Assembly (NCBI RefSeq): GCF_964355755.1
Contig: NC_092676.1
Location: forward strand, 16,262,871 to 16,326,870
From: Antedon mediterranea
Lineage: Eukaryota; Animalia; Echinodermata
DNA length: 64,000 bases
Direction: 5' to 3'
In this document: positions 1 to 11,800 of the stretch, piece after piece
Layout of the letters: every line of letters begins with the position of its first letter
How positions within the stretch are numbered: the stretch's first letter is position 1
The notes under the pieces: generated by a model
What the model saw: the letters and a program-made list of their open reading frames with translations, nothing else
Told to the model about the DNA's origin: nothing
The model's database searches: none
Translations under genes and position numbers: made by a program

Positions 1-806
1 GGTATGACCAAAGATAGTTACACTATCTTTGGTAATAGTTACACTATCTTTGGTATGACACAATCCGAGTAATAAGTCAGCAAAATTAAACAATAAACAT
101 TACACAAAAATACATTTTTTATTCTCGTGGGTCAAATCTTCCCATCTCATGTGTTCATATACGCGCATTTTTAAAGTTCCTTTGAGTACATTGCATATTG
201 TTTGATAATTAATAGCAGAATTTAAAAAATACAGTACACAAATTATACACATTCTTTATTCTTGTGGGTCTAAGCTTTCTTTGGGCTATGTCCAAGAACG
301 CTTGGGTGCACACGGAACAACAACTGCGATACGATTCTTTCTACAATAATAGGCCTAGGATTCTAGGTCAATTCACGTGATTGCCTTCGCGCACTCTTCT
401 TCACACACACGTCCACTATGCAAAATGTGTCGAGGCTAATCGACAGCTAGGCAAAACATTAAACTAAGTAGTAATTGGACATAGCCCAAAGACACAAGTC
501 ACACACACCCACACAGCTACTACTAGAATATACAGGGGTTTAGATTAGAGACTAGTAATTAGGCCTAATAGTATCAATAGAAACTATAATTTTAACACGT
601 AATTCTTTAGTAATAAACTATATTAAAAACACCATAAACTAAAGGCTGATTATTTCGACAATCCACACAAAACTCCGCTATTCTATTATGAAATCTCACG
701 CGGCAACCACAGCGGAGATAGGCCTAGAATCGTACCGCACTTGTGTAATCACTTCTTGTTGCTATACGCTTGGGTGCACACGGAACAAGAAAATTTAACT
801 GATGAA

Positions 807-1724
807 TTATTCATGTTTATTTTGTGACGTTTCATGATGGGGTCCCCAACTTATGTACGAAAAAAAAAATCGCTCCCAGGCCCAACCAACATGTCGTGTC
901 GGAGGTTCACCTCTAGAGGCACGCCTTGTGGAGGGTTGAGATCTCCTATCCCTTAGTTCCCTATGATCATAACGAGGTTCATAAGAGACTGGAGTCTGTT
1001 GGGTGTTATAGGAGCTATAAAAATCTTTTCTTTCCCTATCATACATTGTGGGCCTATCTTGTGGTGCTTGGTATGTTGATGTGGCTTGGGTCTGATAATA
1101 GACTGGCGTACCACTGGTCTTATAATTAAAATGCGTCCCACAATTATCCTGCCAGGTAGATGTTTCTTGGGTATCCTGTTGGGAAGGTGTTACCCGGGCA
1201 CCATGGTAGTAGGATATCGGAGTAGTGTCCTGACGTACAAGCGTTGTCCAGGTATCGTGATACGCAATTGGACTGTTGGCGCTTGATTTAGGAACCCTCC
1301 CAGAATTGCACGATAAAGTATCTACTGGTGAATCAGACAGTATATCAGAGACTCTTGTATCGTAATTCTGATTTGCCTCTGTTTTAGGATGTAGAGAAGA
1401 ATATCTTGACTCTATTCCTAACCCAAAATGGTCGGGTGGATAAGCAACCTCAAGTGGTGTGCTGGTATCCCGGAGCTCACGGTAAATCGTTGAGTCTCCG
1501 CCTCTCCCTCCCCATCTCGGGTTTGGAGTGAAATCCAACCATTTCATAAACTTGCCTTTTCCTGAGCCTCTTATTATCTTCCCTATGTTATTCGGGGTGA
1601 TGTTGCCGTACCCCTCCCTCCATTCTATAAGTTTTTGAGCACGTGAGGCACCTATGCCAGGCAAAAGGTTAAGATCTAACATGTCGCAAAAATTAATAGA
1701 AACGAATCGGGATTTTGGAGGCAT
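807..1724 (-). CDS. Truncated ORF1/Gag-position protein of an LTR retrotransposon with N-terminal helix-hairpin-helix (ComEA/HHH_3-like) motif
   Basis: 305-aa intronless ORF beginning VSINFCDMLDLNLLPGIGASRAQKLIEWRE (LPGIG HhH consensus), followed by S/T/P/Q/Y/R-rich disordered sequence. It lies ~640 bp downstream of a PBS and LTR on the same strand. The last ~25 codons appear to read into unrelated flanking DNA, so it is probably truncated near 880. Confidence 0.6.
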   Translation of the reverse strand: MPPKSRFVSINFCDMLDLNLLPGIGASRAQKLIEWREGYGNITPNNIGKIIRGSGKGKFMKWLDFTPNPRWGGRGGDSTIYRELRDTSTPLEVAYPPDHFGLGIESRYSSLHPKTEANQNYDTRVSDILSDSPVDTLSCNSGRVPKSSANSPIAYHDTWTTLVRQDTTPISYYHGARVTPSQQDTQETSTWQDNCGTHFNYKTSGTPVYYQTQATSTYQAPQDRPTMYDRERKDFYSSYNTQQTPVSYEPRYDHRELRDRRSQPSTRRASRGEPPTRHVGWAWERFFFSYISWGPHHETSQNKHE

Positions 1725-2366
1725 GCTAAATTATCAAATTACTACTAAATCGTATAGAATTGAAGTAGACCCAACAATGCTATACCAATACAATAAAAAA
1801 TCGACTTGTGTATAACTGAGGATTGTACTTCTTATATACTACAACTATAAAAATATATATAATAGAAGTAAAAACAACTTTCTCTAAAAGGCAATATTAA
1901 AGAAAAACGAATTACACCTGCTTAATAGAAATCACAGTTGCTTAACGTGATATGCAAATGAAGTCAAAGAAACGTGCGAAGTCCGCCCACAAGTGTCTTA
2001 GGAATTCAGAAGATCACACAATGGAGGATACGCTCCGTGATTCAACTTCAGCAATGCAAAAATACAATTGAAATAATTTTATAATAATGACAATAAATGA
2101 AGCTCTTATTGATATGTAATAAGTTTAACTTCTCAATGGGTACTACCTGATGAAGTTCCGTTACAAAAGCATTAACGTCTACCATCAATGGCGCCTATAG
2201 AGTCGATACAAAAATCCTTGCACTTTATTAAATATCAACTAATCGCGGTGAACCCACACCGTGCGGAATTGTTAAAAGTACAGCGGGAGATTTGATCCGT
2301 TATGTCGTCTCCGGACGAACTCTTCGCTAACAAACTAAGTAACTTGGCGTCCCGAATTCACGTTTT

Positions 2367-2380
2367 TGCTCGCAGCGCCA
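2367..2380 (-). promoter_or_regulatory. Primer binding site, probably tRNA-Ser
   Basis: Minus strand reads ...TTTACAACA-t-TGGCGCTGCGAGCA: LTR-terminal CA, 1-nt spacer, then TGG. The plus strand TGCTCGCAGCGCCA resembles the 3' end of metazoan tRNA-Ser (...TGCTCACAGCG-CCA / TGCTCGCTGCG-CCA). Confidence 0.65.
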
Positions 2381-2381
2381 A

Positions 2382-3781
2382 TGTTGTAAAACGGCCGAGA
2401 GTGCGAAGCTACTACAATTATTACACAAGGCGTACTAGCTTACCTTTTAGGCGGGACTGGTCTCTTGCCCCCTGGTGGCCCAGATGAAGTGCGATACACA
2501 GAAGAGTACGAACAGTCCACTCCGATGTGTGGCTGCTGGTAGTGATAAACACACAGGCCAGCCTAGGAGGACTAAACGTACCTTAATTCCGTTACTGTGT
2601 ATGTGTGTGGCTACCCAGTGAGCAATCCCTCAGTACTAGCTAGGCTAGTAGGGTCGAGCTTGACCCCTTGTGGCTCGTACCTCGTAATAGTAGCAATGAG
2701 GCTTAAACTATACTATATAGGCCTATAACCTATTCAATCACAGTGAATACCTGTTGTTCCACCAATATTACCGTAGAACTGGCTTATATACCGCTCAGTC
2801 TAGGCTGGGAAGCTTACACAGGAAACCCTGCTGGGATCCAGTCAAGTCGCCCCATCGCAAAGTCGCCCCATACAAAGTCGCCCAATACAAAGTCGCCCCA
2901 TCGCAAAGTCGCCCCAAAACAAAGTCGCCCCGGCACAGTCGCCCCATCGCAAAGTCGCCCCATTACAAAGTCGCCCCATCGCAAATTCGCCCCATCGCAA
3001 AGTCGCCCCAACGCAAAGTCGCCCCATCGCAAAGTCGCCCACGGTTTTAATCATATCGGTTGCGTTTGACATTGATCGCGTTGTTACTTTGGTCGCGCTA
3101 AATGTCGTATACATTATAATGTTTATCCTATTATATACATAATTTGTGTTTTAATTTTTATTTTACAGGTTTTAATGGAGTGATGTGCTTTTTAAAAATC
3201 ATTAAAAAAATAGTCCCTTGTTTGAAAGTTCCAAAAAGATTATCCCTGATTTATAGTTTCGAAAATGTTAATTTAATATGATTTTAAAATTAGTTACCAG
3301 AGCCACAATTACGAATCTTTCTTCAACCTACGCGTGGATACCAGCTCATAGGTATGAGCCGCGATAGGGCGTTTTGTGATGGGGCGACTTTGCGATGAGG
3401 CGACTTTGCGTTGGGGCGACTTTGCGATGGGGCGACTTTGCGATGGGGCGACTGTGTCGGGGCGACTTTGTTTTGGGGCGACTTTGCGATGGGGCGACTG
3501 TGTAAGGGGCGACTTTGTATGGGGCGACTTTGCGATGGGGCGACTTGACTAGCATCCACCCTGCTGGCTATAGGCTAGTCGGCTAATGTATATCAAACAC
3601 CAGGGAACGTGCGTAATGGCTGATACTGATACAGCATAGGCTTAGGCCTAGTCACGATTTACGTCCGTTCCGTCTAATGTCATGCGTTCAAAGAGGCCGC
3701 TCCGGCACCGGTCAGTAACGCACGTGACCTCGGGTCACACCTTGGGTCGACCCATTATTATATAAGGGGGTTTTCACTACA
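2382..3781 (-). mobile_element. 5' LTR of a Gypsy-like retrotransposon (~670 bp after removing the nested insertion)
   Basis: Starts TGTTGTAAAA next to the PBS; candidate other end TTTTCACTACA at 3771-3781 gives TG...CA termini with imperfect short inverted repeats. The right boundary is inferred because no second LTR is present in the window. Confidence 0.5.
2834..3557. mobile_element. Non-autonomous foldback DNA transposon (Mutator/MULE-type) with minisatellite-containing TIRs
   Basis: Left end GGATCCAGTCAAGTCGCCCC, right end reverse complement GGATGCTAGTCAAGTCGCCCC. Arms are arrays of ~15-17-bp AAAGTCGCCCCATCGC units in opposite orientation (2844-3040, 3377-3546) around an AT-rich core. 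Perfect 9-bp TSD ACCCTGCTG at 2825-2833 and 3558-3566. Confidence 0.9.
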
Positions 3782-5829
3782 GTGGGAATGCCCCTTTAGG
3801 TGTTCAATTTTATTGAACAATACAGGGCGCGGTGGGTGTTAAAAAACCTGGGCGTTTCATTCATAGAAATCAACATCAGCTCAACAACTTATCGGCGTTC
3901 CAACACAGGTCATATATATGTCGGTAGCTCTACCTATCTAGGCTACATATATCTACTATAGCTAGACTAGGCCTATGCCTACCTACTGTTTAGTGTTTAC
4001 TGGGTAGCTATTAGCTGTACAGTATTGTATTGTATAGGGCTGCCTAGCTGCTACCTAGCTAGGCCTAGGCTAGCCTAGCCTCTAGGGCAGGCTAGCTAGA
4101 GAGAGCCAATTCAACTGGATGAATAGAAGTGTCAAACCACAACATTGACAAGCCGCAAGCTAGCGTAGCTGTATTTACATACAATTACCTTAGAGAGGAT
4201 ATAGGCCTGACGTATTATCAGATGTCACTTGTAGTTAATTTAGAATTTGCATGGCAATGAAAACATGTGCACGACGCCAGGTGGGGGGTGGTGATGGGGG
4301 TTGCAAAAAATGTGATGTGATATTTTTTTCCGAAGTTGATTGATTCGCGCGGATTTTGAAATGCTGCCCTCAATTTGAATTGAAATAAAATGGTCCCCGC
4401 GCCGTTTAAAATCACAACATTAAAAACCCCACATTTTTCTGATATTTGAACAATCGTTTTAGATTAATGAACCATTTATTTATTTAGCGTTTTGTTAAAA
4501 AGGTAACTACATGTTAGTTTTTGTTTACTTGATTTGTGATTCTAGCCAAAACTCACTTCTCCAAGCCATGCTTTTTTGAGAACTTGAGCAGTCAAGAGTC
4601 ACGAGTAAAGAAGGAAAGTAGATTTGATTTGTCTCCATCGGCCGACCGACAACAGTAACTGATCCTTCTAACTAACGACTAGGCCTAGCCCTTTTAGGCG
4701 AGGTAGGCCTAGCCAATTTTGTTTTTGCTCAGCACCTTCTTTATTGACCACGTACCAATCCCATCGTCTTTTCTCACCACTTTCCAAACCATTTTCCAAG
4801 AAAGGTTTTGAGGGCGGACGGAGGGGTCTTATCGTCTCATCAGCAGAGAGAGGCGTTCATTTTGGTTGTTTGTAGGTAGCCACGGCACGGCGTATAAATT
4901 AATTCATATATTATTAAATCATATCATTTATTATATTGATTGATATTATTTACTGAGTTTATACTTGTGTTAAATATTGTAATTTACATAGATTTATACT
5001 TTTGTAATCTCGGTACTGTATCTTTAGCCACGGCGAACCTTTAAAAAAAAGGTAAAATTGTATGGAAAAAATAATTTTTTCAATACAATTTTACCTTTTT
5101 AAAATAATAATTCCATTTTATTAATGTCACATTTGCTAATAGTTAAATTATTCACTTAACAAAAATGTGATCGCCAACAAAATTATTTTCATAAAAAACT
5201 GTAATTTAAAGCACAAATAGTCGAATTGTCTGTGAGTAAATTTAAAAATTTAACTCACTGTTAATTTTGTCTATGTGAAAGTGAATAACTTCATGACATT
5301 TAAACTCCAAAATAGCCTAGGTTCAAAGACTGATTTTATAAATCTTTATTTTTCATGATTTAGGTGGGGAAAATGCATCTTTAAAACTATTTGCATTATG
5401 CCGGAAGATCGCCACAAATAATTTTAATATAAAGTAATAAAATTAATTTGGGTCTCTCAAACTCTCAAATCATTAAAATTAGCATTCCATGGAAAACTAA
5501 CAATTTTGGAAGAAGGGAACGAGACGAGGTATTCAAAATAAGAAATCCATCATAAAATATTAAACAGTGTGTAAAATTAATTTACAGTATCTATATATTA
5601 TAATTTGTTGTAATGCATACTTACTGTAAAATATTTCGCAGAAGTACTGTAGTGCAGTTTTAGGCAGGCCCGTCGTGTATGCTCTCTTTCCCTCGTTTTT
5701 TAATCTGCGTTTATGTTGGTTTTCAGAGTTAATATTAAAGTTGTTCTAGTTCACTAGTAAAGTATACATTGGTGAGTCAAAATACTGTACCATGCATGGA
5801 ATATTGACTCACATATTTCTATTTCACAG

Positions 5830-8800
5830 ATGACACTTGCACAAGTGAAGGGCTGGTTAAAGGCCCAATATAACATACAAGTACATAGTGAGTGGGTAGA
5901 AGCTTGCTTGGACTGGATTAAATCTGAACATCAGGTAAGACACACCTCCCAACCAGGGAGAGGTATACCGCCCTGTCCCAACCCTCCAGATAATCGTAAA
6001 AGTTTCTTGATATTTTGTGTTGTCTAACCGCTCTCCTGCAATTTCTAATTTTTTTGTGAAATAAGAATATATGTAAAAAATGTAAAATTATGCACTTGTC
6101 AATTGTATGACCCACCGCAGTATACAACCTCCAGGAGAGGTGCGTTATGGATGTGTCATTTTGTAAATAATTATTGACACAGGGGTGCTTCAAACAAAAA
6201 ACCTAGATAGTATGTTACATCAATGAACAATGTGTCAATGTCTGTCACCTTACCACCCACCATATTATGAACACAATGGTCACGATGCGTCAAAATGGTC
6301 GCCTAAAGGTAAGTCATTTTTTGTAGGAGTGTGTCATGGTATTCATAAGGTATGATGCACATGGTGGGTCATACAATTGACAACTTTCTACTAAAACTAG
6401 GCTCTAGAACCATACTAATAATAATATTGTTTGAAAGATAATTATAATTATCAGAATTTCATGCATTGTTGTGAATTAAATAAGTTGGTACCTCATTTTC
6501 CGACCTTTTGAATGCGGGATACCATTGTTTACTAATTATTGCCATATCTTTACATTTTTTTAATAGCACCCCTCTTAATTTACACATGACTTCATAAAAC
6601 CACCTATATTTCATTTATGGGAGGTCTGGTATTGAAAGTGTTTTTTTAGTATTTAATTATAATTAGTGACAAAAAATAATAAGTGGACCCATACAGTAGT
6701 TATAATAAACAATGGCCTACTGTACTGTATGGAACTCTCTGGCCACTACTATCGAATATGCCATATAGCATGTACAGTATCTTTGAGCCCAGTTCACCAA
6801 TTACATGAAAGAAGTTCTGATTTTAATGGTAGCAAATGCATATTAGGCTGCCAGTGAAAATCAAAATCCTTCGAATGTGTGGGATGTTGGTCAACTTTTA
6901 ACCAGTAATAACACAATTTTAACATCCTAACTTTTATCAAAAGTTGCTTATACAGTTTAATTAAAAGAATACACAGATTGCACATTAAAATGAAAGTGGG
7001 TCATACACCCAGGCTTTTTCAAGTATTACAGTTGCCAAAAGTTGTCTGTTGATTGTTCATCATACATGTATTTCAAATTGCAGTAGCTGACAACAAAGTG
7101 TATGCATTTGTTTAATCCTAGTGCCTGATTCATAAATAGCATTAACCATTTAATTGCAGGGACAAGTTTTAAATGACAACAACCTGAATTATCTAGTGTA
7201 TGAGCAATGGCTAGGTTCCGATCTCTCTGAAATAGCGCCCCCAGTGTTGCCAGATGGAATCAATAAGCAAGTGAAAACTGAGTTAAAGGGAAAATACTGC
7301 TTGCAGGTATAGAGTCATTTATGTTCTTGTAACTTTTTTGAAAGCTGTATCAATCACATATGTTTAATTCTCTGCTATAAACTGTGAAGACTAATGCATT
7401 TCTCTGTAGGTCTTTATAAGGAATATTAGACTTGGGCTAGAATTTAACTGTCGTAAAAATTGTGTATGCGAAAATATTGGCACATACTGTAATACTGCAT
7501 AGCAAACTGCATTCATATTATTATATATGTTTCACAATGTCTTTTTTTATTATCAGATGAATTCTATTGCGGATGTAAGTGAATCCGCCTACTCACAACT
7601 ACAGCAAGCAAAAGGAAAAGTGAATGAAAATGTGCTAGTTACAGCTACTCAACCAACACAAACACAGGTAAGATTATGGACTGTAGTGTAACTAAATGAT
7701 CACCTGACTACATCTGTAGAGGGCCTTATATTATATAAATGTCCTCTGTTTCATCTGTTTATGAGGACAAGTTGGGATTATGTCGACACGGTAACTCACC
7801 GCAACTCAACTATACTGAAAGGAACTAGGGTCGGAGCACTTATGTCGACTACACTAAAACTCACTGTAGTAACTAGTAATGGTTACAATATTTTTATTTT
7901 ATTTTTATTTGTTCTTTCTTTAAACTGAAATACACTTTCAATACAAATGTACTGATTTCCAAAGTGGTTCAGTAAACATATTTACAACAAAAATAAAATA
8001 TAAAAGAAAAACAAAAAGAAAGAAAACAGATATAAAACTATTTACAATTGTGAAGGAAAAAAGGTTAATACATATATGATTTCTATAGTGAAGGTTTAAA
8101 AGTTGCCAAATACATATGGAGTTCTGATTTTATGTTATTTGGTAGAGAATTCCATAGTTTAGTTGATCTATAAACAAAAGTTCTTTTACCCTGAGAGTTA
8201 TACTGCACATGCGACGTGATTCATAGTTATATTAGAACCAGTATGCGAGAGTGATCATTACATTCAGTCCCAGAAAAGATAGAACATGTTCAACTCAACG
8301 CGCTTATGTCAACATATTTTGCATCTTGCGTTCAGTCACTAGAAGTGCTTATTTTATATCAACACAGTTCAGGCTTATGTCATTGTCAGCATTCCTGGTC
8401 GACATACAGTAAGTTAGATGACAATTATTCAAATTTGAAAGAATGACTAAAGCTACTGCTGTTTATGGTGACCAACTACAGTAGCAGTCAAGTCAATAAA
8501 GGTCATCCTCAATGCAATGTTAAATTTAGAAGCAATTAATATTTAACATTTTGTAATTCTTTTAGTTCAAAAATAGTAACAAGTCCAGTAGAATGCTAAT
8601 GTTATATTTGACTGATGGACATCAAAATCTACAAGCTATGGAGTATAAACCAATACAATGTCTTAACACAAATCTACTACCAGGAACAAAGGTATAAAAT
8701 TATAATTTATTTTCTGTCTACTTGATTAATTTGATGCAAGAAGTTCGCGATTTAAAGCTCAAATGTTTGTTCAGATAGTTTTTAAATCCTCTTTTGTCGT

Positions 8801-11800
8801 GTTTCATTAAAAAAAAATTAATTGATTCACAACCTGCTAGGATATGACAATGTTTACTTCAACATAAATTAATATGACAATATTAATGTGCATCTCTAGG
8901 CTTGTATAGTATAGTGCATATTCGACTGATCGCATACGAGATCCTCAAACTACGAGTTAATTTTTTTTTGTTCTTTGAAGGTTGTTATAGAGGGAAGTAT
9001 AACATGTAGACTAGGTGTCTTAATGCTATCAGCTGAGCACATCAAAGTACTTGGTGGAGAAGTGGATTCACTTCTTGAATCTAACTCTCAGATCCAGTTG
9101 TTGACTAAAGCTCTGTAAGTGAATTTGATTAAGTAGTACATTACCATATATTAATAATATGACTCAGGGGTTTTGTAAATCTTCAACCAGCAGATATTAT
9201 CCACCTGTAAATGGTCTTTCCCGCCTGCTCCGGACCGGCTCCGTTAAATAAAATTGAAATTCAATGTAAAGGGATATGGGAAATATTTAGTTGAAATTAA
9301 ATATATTTTTGAAAGAGATCCATCTAAGCTTACAGTAGTAACATTATGGCTGACCACATCATTATCTGGTATATCCTGAAATGTCAAAGGGTTGATTTAA
9401 ATTTGTTTCTACTACGACTTACTGTAGGTCAGATGAAGGCCGAACAAAAGTTCCTGAACACTTCAAAGATAGAATCACAAGAAGACCAGTTACTAATGAG
9501 CCGGACAAGCAACCATTGGTGAATAAAATGAACGGTGCCTCCACTGATGAGGACATTCTGATGGAAGATGACGATGACTTTAATGATGACATACTGCAAG
9601 AGTTGAAGGAAATTGAACAACAGGAAAAACCACATATCCAGGTATTAATGGAAGCTAGGAAGTTTAAATATTAATAGCAGTATGAAATAGACAGGATAAT
9701 AATAAAATTATTAACTTTTTAGTTAATAATTTTTACTCTCAATTGTTGAAAAATTGCATCAAGACTGCTAAACACTCCTTTCAAACTTCCAAAAGTACTA
9801 ATCTGAGACTGTTGTGTAATGCTTTAAAAAATATAAAAAATTCCACTATAGCTCTGCAATGAAGTTGCACATTTCAAACAAATTAATTTATTATAAACTG
9901 ATTATAGAATTATAGACTGAACCAAAAGTGTCAAATTACCTTCACTACTTTCTGAGGCTGCACTAAATGATTATATCGAACTATCCTAAATGCCAATCTC
10001 TAGACTGGACCAAACGTTTTCCGTCAAATTACCTTTACCACTTTATAAGGCAGCACTACAAGGATTTTATAAAACTATCCTAACCCTCTAGACTGGACCA
10101 AACGTTTTCCGTCCAATTACCTTTACCACTTTATAAGGCAGCACTACAAGGATTTTATAAAACTATCCTAACCCTCTAGACTGGACCAAACTTTTCTGTC
10201 AAAGTACCTTCACCACTTTTCTCAAACTGCACTAAATGTTATTCTTTCAAAATCAACTAAACAATCATATAACAGCAAAATGTCATTATTTTGTAGCATG
10301 AAGCTGATGTATGGCCTGAAGATGTTGATGAAGAATGGCCTGATGATGATGACCAGTGGCCAGATGATAGTCACATTTTAAATATTGCTGACAATGGCAA
10401 ATCACAGGCTAATTCTGCTGGACATCAATTGCAGGATAATGGTGAAGAATGGCCAGATGATGATGAACAATGGCCGGATGATGGTGACCAGTGGCCAGAT
10501 GCTGATGACCAGTGGCCAGACGATGATGACCACCTTCTAGAATCTATTCCAGATGATGCACTTCATCCAGGTAAGGAACATGAATAGTTTTAAAATTGTT
10601 TTATTTATATATATATTTAAATTATTAGAATGTTTGGCCAATAATATCAAATTTGTTTTGGCCTGAATGGTACAGGACTGAGACGAGAGCCCTTGACAGC
10701 CACCTCCCCCAGCCACGACCTGCTTGCTACCTGTGACCTGCCTTGAATCAATCAAAAGTAGTGATGTCATTCTGCATAATAAATCATTTGTCCAGCCACG
10801 ACCTGCTTGCTACCTGTGACCTGCCTTGAATCAATCAAAAGTAGTGATGTCATTCTGCATAATAAATCATTTGTCCTTTTAATTAATGCTAATTAGATAA
10901 AATAGGAGACATTGACCTTGTAACTTCTGTCTACACTATCTAACTTTATGTGACAAAAAAAAACCTGATGTGCCCATATATGGACATGATGATGTCTTAT
11001 CACTTTTTTTGTCAAACTAGTTCGATAGTGTAGACATAGCTTTACATCAATATTGATCAACATTTTTCTGTTATATATTTAAGGAGAGACAACAACAAAA
11101 GTAGTCGCTGAAAACAATATACATTTACAAGACACAAAGCCTAAACATCGTTTAGTTTGTGAGACGAAACCTATGGTAACAGAAAGAAGTTGGAGCAGTA
11201 GTTCTTCCAACTCTACATTTGGAAATTACACATTAAAATCAAAGCCAGTTGCACCTAAACAAGTACAGCAGGTGATACCAAATAGACAAAAAGTACAGCC
11301 CCAGTCTGTAGTTACAGACCAATCAAGTCTGCCAAACATTGGACTAGACCATAATTTAAAGAGGGAGGTTAAAAAGGAAACTGTTGTTGAAGATGTTATA
11401 ATAATTACAGATGATGAGGAAGAGGAAGAAGAAGACATGAACCAGTGTAAGTTAAATTGATTTTAAATAATACATAATAATAATAAAATAAATGATAAAA
11501 TATGATCTATCATCATTGTGTTAACCAATCATTTTTGCCATACTGCGTTGAAACACCTGTTCACCCAGGTGTACATATGGATACCTGGTTAGGTCAAAGC
11601 ACCAACTGCCCTGATTTATTGACTGCAGTATGTTTCAATGGTTTGATCAACATAAGCTGGGTAATAATTTAAAAAGCGTCATTTGTACATACATGTTGCC
11701 CAGAATTTTTTTAGCTTCATCAATTTTATTTAGCTTTTTGCTTATTTTATTTTGTCTCTCTATTGATACATTTTTTCAGTAATTTGTCTTTGGATTCATA

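Noticed and set aside
2844-3546. CRISPR-like appearance of regularly spaced short repeats (also 20980-21138)
   Set aside because: No unique spacers, eukaryotic context, no cas genes; explained as TIR minisatellite and plain tandem repeats.
2743-3559. KSPHRKVAP-repeat ORFs
   Set aside because: Translations of the foldback element's minisatellite arms.
4540-4860. Coding-like stretch upstream of RMI1 (possible transposase relic)
   Set aside because: No frame gave a recognisable motif; cannot be supported without a search.
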